DNA of 63,828 nt, the filler included, from Thraustochytrium aureum (lineage: Eukaryota): assembly GCA_012862495.1 (NCBI GenBank). It is 8 parts of 6 records of this genome, joined end to end, with 100 filler letters (N's around TTAATTAATTAA, not from the genome) between each part and the next. Parts side by side here need not be neighbours in the genome. Positions count along the whole stretch, not along the records: positions 54,696 to 60,066 come from BLSG01000425.1; positions 60,167 to 62,268 come from BLSG01000433.1; positions 62,369 to 63,828 come from BLSG01000441.1; 5 more parts are not named here. The stretch is one strand, 5' to 3'. The number at the start of each line of letters is the position of its first letter. The stretch's first letter is position 1. The position numbers and the translations under genes are program-made. Below, piece by piece: positions 58,358-63,828 of this stretch. The notes beneath the pieces are model-generated. The model worked only from the letters and a program-made list of their open reading frames with translations, was not told the DNA's origin and searched no databases.

Positions 58358-59350
58358 GGTCCAGCCGCCGGCCCGGCCGTCGTCGCCTTAGCTCGAGATC
58401 AGCCCAAGTCGGGCCGAGAGCCGCAAAGCACTGGACTCCACTAGGGCTGCCCGGAGGGGTGGATAGGCGGTGCCCGAGCGCTCGACGGTGCTCTCGGCAC
58501 TGGTGCAGCATGTGGCTGAATGACCATCCAATAGCACTTTTATTGACGTTCAAGACTTGCGCGCGCATCGATGCCAGCCGAGCTGGCGTTCCCGAACGCC
58601 AAGCAGGACGTCAGCAGGTGANNNNNNNNNNNNNNNNNNNNNNNNNNNNNNNNNNNNNNNNNNNNNNNNNNNNNNNNNNNNNNNNNNNNNNNNNNNNNNN
58701 NNNNNNNNNNNNNNNNNNNNNNNNNNNNNNNNNNNNNNNNNNNNNNNNNNNNNNNNNNNNNNNNNNNNNNNNNNNNNNNNNNNNNNNNNNNNNNNNNNNN
58801 NNNNNNNNNNNNNNNNNNNNNNNNNNNNNNNNNNNNNNNNNNNNNNNNNNNNNNNNNNNNNNNNNNNNNNNNNNNNNNNNNNNNNNNNNNNNNNNNNNNN
58901 NNNNNNNNNNNNNNNNNNNNNNNNNNNNNNNNNNNNNNNNNNNNNNNNNNNNNNNNNNNNNNNNNNNNNNNNNNNNNNNNNNNNNNNNNNNNNNNNNNNN
59001 NNNNNNNNNNNNNNNNNNNNNNNNNNNNNNNNNNNNNNNNNNNNNNNNNNNNNNNNNNNNNNNNNNNNNNNNNNNNNNNNNNNNNNNNNNNNNNNNNNNN
59101 NNNNNNNNNNNNNNNNNNNNNNNNNNNNNNNNNNNNNNNNNNNNNNNNNNNNNNNNNNNNNNNNNNNNNNNNNNNNNNNNNNNNNNNNNNNNNNNNNNNN
59201 NNNNNNNNNNNNNNNNNNNNNNNNNNNNNNNNNNNNNNNNNNNNNNNNNNNNNNNNNNNNNNNNNNNNNNNNNNNNNNNNNNNNNNNNNNNNNNNNNNNN
59301 NNNNNNNNNNNNNNNNNNNNNNNNNNNNNNNNNNNNNNNNNNNNNNNNNN

Positions 59351-60066
59351 GAAGAACAAGTCTCCCACGTCACCGTTCGCCGCGAATCGCCGGACAGCGT
59401 GTCGGGACTGTCCAAAATCATCGGGCACGTACAACGCCCTTCAACTCGAATGGATGATGGCGGAGGCCAACAACGGGGGGCTCACGAGGAGCTGGAACAA
59501 CCCACCTCTGCCCAACTTTGGACGCCGACCCGAAGTCGGTTCGTACTGCCTGAGACCCTTTTTGTCATGGGCGCCGGACCAGCAATTTGGCCTCAAGCTC
59601 ACCTGCAAGGAATGCAACGTGCAGGTTGTCTTCAAAGACGTCCAATTCCGGAGCGCATACGACATAGAGGACGACGTGTTCATCGCTGTGGCACGCTACC
59701 GCTGCAAAGTGTGCGCGAAGCAGTACCATGGGTTTCACGATGCGGAGCTGATCGGGGTTCCCGACGAGGTCATGCTCAGCTGCCCGTTTTTACTCTTTCA
59801 CAAGGGGGCCTGCACCACTCGCCTGGTCGAGCACGTTGTCTCAATGTTCACTGGCAGGTGCGGCGCAAGCGATCTCGCTGCCGCCCTGTCGGAAAGTAGG
59901 ATGGGCCTCTACCTAAAGCGTGCCGTGCTCTATCGCAAACATGTCGCCCTCTACGAACGCGAGCTCTCCAAAATGCGAGCGCTGGGGCAGCACACGGCCA
60001 CATTTGAGCCACCCGACTTTCCTCGGTTCGACCAACACTGCACATACAATGGGACGCTTGGGCCAT
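59351..60066 (+). CDS. Partial ORF with paired CxxC motifs resembling DUF6729 / transposase-associated N-terminal regions
   Basis: LRPFLSWAP...CKEC...RSAYD.....A..Y.CKVC...CPFLLFHKGAC...L.E....YLKR..Y, bounded by a gap and a scaffold end. Confidence 0.55.
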
Positions 60067-60166
60067 NNNNNNNNNNNNNNNNNNNNNNNNNNNNNNNNNN
60101 NNNNNNNNNNTTAATTAATTAANNNNNNNNNNNNNNNNNNNNNNNNNNNNNNNNNNNNNNNNNNNN

Positions 60167-62268
60167 CTTGCGCGAGCTCCCACTTGCCCTGCACGGCGCC
60201 ACCGTCTGTCTTTTGCACAGGGAACGCGGCAAAGTTATCTGCGTAGTAGCTGAGCACCACGTCGACGAGCTCGTTGATGTCGGTGCTCGAGTCGACGATG
60301 GGCGACCCCCCGACGGTGTCGTCGATGAACTTGGACACGCTCGCGAGCAGCCCGCCCGAAAAGTCCAGCACCGCGGGGTTTCCTCCCGACGGCGTGGGAC
60401 CGACCCAAGCGGGGCACTTTTGTGTGCCTTGGCGCCCCGGCCCAGTCACGTACTCCTCGAGCAGGTCGTTGGCAGTGGTGCGCACGATGCTGCGCATGAT
60501 CCCGGGTAGCTTGTTGCTGAGCGCGCCGCGCAGCACGTCCGCCGTGAGCGCGATCCCGTCCTCGATGATTTGGCTTTGGACCTCGCCGGTGATGGAGGCC
60601 GCGCCGAGCTTGGCCAAGCTGGCCTCGAGGTCCGTGAAGGTAAAGTCGTAAAACGCGGGAGCCACGCACTGGAGCGCGTCCGTCGCCAGGTTGACGATCT
60701 TGTCCGGGTCGAGGCCGACGCTCTGTGCGAGGTCCACGAGGCCCGTGATCTGGCCCACGCGCACCGCGTTGAGCTTGTCAAAGTTGAAGAGGACGCGCGT
60801 CGCGGCGTCCACGCTGAGCCCCTCGATGGCCATGCTGAAGGTGAATGTAAACTCCTCTGTTCGCGTTCCCGCGGTGACCCAGGTCCCAGGCGCGAGCTTC
60901 ATGTACACTTGCACTTGGAAAGCGAGCTCGTCGATGAGGAATGCGTTGACGAAGGTGTAGCGCATGCGCTTGGTGGGGTCGGCCTGGTCGTACGCGTTTT
61001 GGAGGAGCGCCAGCGAGGAGATGGAGTTGAACTTGTCGAGCGCGAACTTGTTGAGGCGAACGGTGACGTCGGCTACGTTGAGCGGGAGCGTGACCTCGGG
61101 TGCGAGGTCCAGATCGACGAGGTCAAACTCGACGTAGCCATCTGGGTTGGTGGCCTGGTCGATGAGCTCGTTGATCACTAGCTTGCCGACGTAGCCCGGC
61201 GACGTGCTGGGACCGGCAAGCCAGTCGTTGAGCCCCACCGAGAGGGCCTCCACAACCGTGCTGCTGGCAAAGTTGGTCGCGCTGGCGAGCTCTTCGGGGG
61301 TCACCCGCCCCGCCAGTATGGCGCTGTCCAGGTCGGCCGGCGCTGGGTCGATGGGCGGTGTGGCCGCCCACCCGTCCACTGTATTTTTCACGTCCTTGAG
61401 GACCTCGTTAAGAATACCGTCGCGCTCGGGGGGGCCACTCAGGACAGCGGTTTCCTCAATGACCTGGCAGATAATGCCGCCAATAAAGGCTTCAAGGATG
61501 CGCACGATTACGCTGACGATGGAGTCAATATTGAAGAACCCAATCAGCCACTCGATGAGCCCGCCGCTGCCGTTGATCACCTGGGCGCACTGCCACCCCT
61601 TGGGCAGGAATAGGGTAAATATGTTGGTTGGGATGAATGCGCACAACGTCAGCTCGTTGATCTGGTCGAGGCTCAAGTCCAAGCCCAGGTTGATGCCCAC
61701 CTTGCACTTGTCCGCCGGCAGGAAGACCTGGAACGGCAAGTCCTCCGTGAAGCGCTCGTTCCTGCTCTTGTCTGTCTCGAGCTGCAGCTCGATCTGGGTG
61801 TCCACCGCGCCAGTGTAGCCCGAGTAGGGGAACGCGATGCGAGTGTTGCTAAGCGAGGTAATTACTCGGAACGAGTTGGCGATCTCCAGCACGAGGCCGC
61901 GCACGTTGGCCTGGAACGAGCACGCGAGCCGGAATTGGGACACGTCGATGCGGCTGTCGACGTCCTGTGCCCCGGTGCTAACCCTGGACATGGTGATGTC
62001 CCCGATCGAGATGCGCTTGCACTGCAGATCCCAGATCTCAAACTCGCCGGCTTTGACGAGGTCGCCGATTTTCCCGCAGCCGGAGTTGCTGCTGAGGATG
62101 CACACGTTGATGTCTTTGATGCTCTGCGGGAGCTCTTTCCAATCCATCTCGCATCTTTCGTCGAACGTTGGGCATGGCCCCGGCACGGCCCCGAACGTTT
62201 TGTCCCGCAGGTAGTCGTTGAGCTGGTTGCCCTGCGCTGCGCTCGCAAGGACCGCAGCGGCTGCGACC
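60167..62268 (-). CDS. Partial large secreted/surface protein, possibly with BPI/LBP (TULIP)-like repeats; open at both ends
   Basis: An uninterrupted frame of about 700 aa starts with the signal-peptide tail VAAAAVLASAAQG|NQLNDYL. Alternating beta-strands are capped by long amphipathic helices, with a recurring INEL(I/V)D motif. Confidence 0.65.
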
Positions 62269-62956
62269 NNNNNNNNNNNNNNNNNNNNNNNNNNNNNNNN
62301 NNNNNNNNNNNNTTAATTAATTAANNNNNNNNNNNNNNNNNNNNNNNNNNNNNNNNNNNNNNNNNNNNATCTCCCGTTGACATAAAACACCTGGTCAAGT
62401 CCGCGCGCGCTGCTGCAGGTCGACCAACGCCATGGCCCAGAAAGTGTCGGTTACGAATTCCGCTCCAGGCGCTTTTCGAGGCTCCGCAGCCTCTGCACGC
62501 CAGGCAGAGACGTCTCGAGGCGTGCCGGCACGCCTGGATCAATCGCTTCGAGGACGACAACGAGACGAAAGAGGGAGGGAGGGAGGGGGAGACAGGGAGG
62601 GATGCGAACGTCGCGCTGAGCGGCGTTGTTGCGTTCGAGAAGTCGGTCGATCGGGGCGGTTGTCAGCTCGCTTGCCACGTCGCTCACGGCCACGCTTGTT
62701 GCGCGCAGGGACGGCGTCACATTTGGGGCGTTCCCGTTGCTTCACGTTGTCCCTCCTGTAGTGGCGCCCCGTCTCCACGGGCCTCTAGAGGCAGGTAACT
62801 TCGATTCGTAGAGAACATCCAAACCACGTGGACAGCAAGCCATACGTCACCGTGGGTGGATAACCTCGTGGGCCTCATAAATTTCCCTCGCTTCTTGAAG
62901 CGAGTTGGCGCAAGAAAACCCCGAACAAATCCAAGCGACCGTGAGTTGAGTTCTGT

Positions 62957-63828
62957 TCAAGAAGACGCGCTGTAGGTGGGGGCCAGAATTCGCGTCTCTA
63001 TAAGGCCAAGGACGTAGTCTGCGTTGACCTTGAACTCCTTGACATAGTGTTTTGTGCAATTGATGCCACCACCAGCCAGAATGTGCCGAATACCGAGCCG
63101 TCGATTCCACGAGGCAAACCAGAGCTCCTCATGACTGCCCCACATCTGCTTTTCGTTCTTTGGGAAACTGGGGAGTTGCCCGTTTTTCGCACAAGAGAGC
63201 TCGACCACAACGGATCCTGAACGCATAGCAATCGCGTTGGCAAGATGGCCCCCGTGAGGCGCTATGAGCAGCTCTGCCCGGCTGAGAGCTTCCAATTGGC
63301 CGACAACAGGCAGACCTTTCCACGTCGTGTCTAGAATCGTAATCTCTGCGTTCGGAAATGCCGCCTCCAGAGCAGCTGCGGTCTCCTCCATGTTTGCCCA
63401 CCGCCTTCTCTTGGTATCATTTCTGCTATACAATGCGATCCTGAGGGGGTCCTTGTTGCCTTTTCCAAGGAGCGACCTCGTGTCCAGTTGCGCCGCCACC
63501 TTGACGTGGTCAGCAATTGCCTCGAGGCACTTCAGGGGATACATTCCCGGACAGGTATTAGAGATCGACGGCCGCTTCCCTGGCTTAGGCGGCGGAGGTA
63601 GTTCATCCGAATGCAGAAACGCTTGGCGTTGGCTCATGAACACGGGCACGATTAGCTTGCGAAAGCAGCTCAACCCAGGCTGCAAAGTCTGCGGCACCAC
63701 CTTGTCGTACTGTATCAGCTTGCATGCTCCCAGCATCCAGCAGCACCAGTCTTTGCCATCCGCCGAGCACTTTGAGTGCGGATGGACAACTCTGGAGTAC
63801 GCGTACCACGGATAGTAGCTGGGTCTGT
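62957..63828 (-). CDS. Glycosyltransferase family 61 (EOGT/xylosyltransferase-like), C-terminal part
   Basis: LYSRND..RRW.N..E...QLEALSRAELLIAPHGGHLANAIAMRSGSVVVEL. Confidence 0.8.
   Translation of the reverse strand, partial: RPSYYPWYAYSRVVHPHSKCSADGKDWCCWMLGACKLIQYDKVVPQTLQPGLSCFRKLIVPVFMSQRQAFLHSDELPPPPKPGKRPSISNTCPGMYPLKCLEAIADHVKVAAQLDTRSLLGKGNKDPLRIALYSRNDTKRRRWANMEETAAALEAAFPNAEITILDTTWKGLPVVGQLEALSRAELLIAPHGGHLANAIAMRSGSVVVELSCAKNGQLPSFPKNEKQMWGSHEELWFASWNRRLGIRHILAGGGINCTKHYVKEFKVNADYVLGLIETRILAPTYSASS

Noticed and set aside
20855..62324. Recurring TTAATTAATTAA as a biological motif, or gene clustering across it
   Set aside because: It is always centred in exactly 100 bp with 44 Ns on each side. 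This is a synthetic six-frame-stop linker, so neighbours across it are unlinked.

Overview
This window is GC-rich eukaryotic DNA. It is most likely a flagellated stramenopile such as a labyrinthulomycete/thraustochytrid (inference from gene content and short GT-AG introns). It is not one locus. Seven artificial 100-bp spacers (44N-TTAATTAATTAA-44N) join eight scaffolds: 1-20810, 20911-27501, 27602-37890, 37991-43831, 43932-54595, 54696-60066, 60167-62268 and 62369-63828. Many genes carry 1-bp indels that look like sequencing errors. Recognisable genes are an RlmJ-like m6A methyltransferase, FAM135, ARL6/BBS3, an orphan 7TM protein, a C2H2 factor, DUF1295, a mitochondrial carrier, two CRAL-TRIO proteins, a bacterial-type thiolase-like protein, a JmjC oxygenase, an S10 carboxypeptidase, a very long MULE transposase, a class I methyltransferase, a ZIP transporter, a short MTHFR, a Chlamydia-type TGT and a GT61. 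The top finding is a ~1300-aa type-I membrane protein, split over four ORF pieces, whose C-terminus matches the sperm Ca2+ channel auxiliary subunit CatSper-beta and whose N-terminus carries a PKD domain. All family assignments come from motif recall, not database searches.
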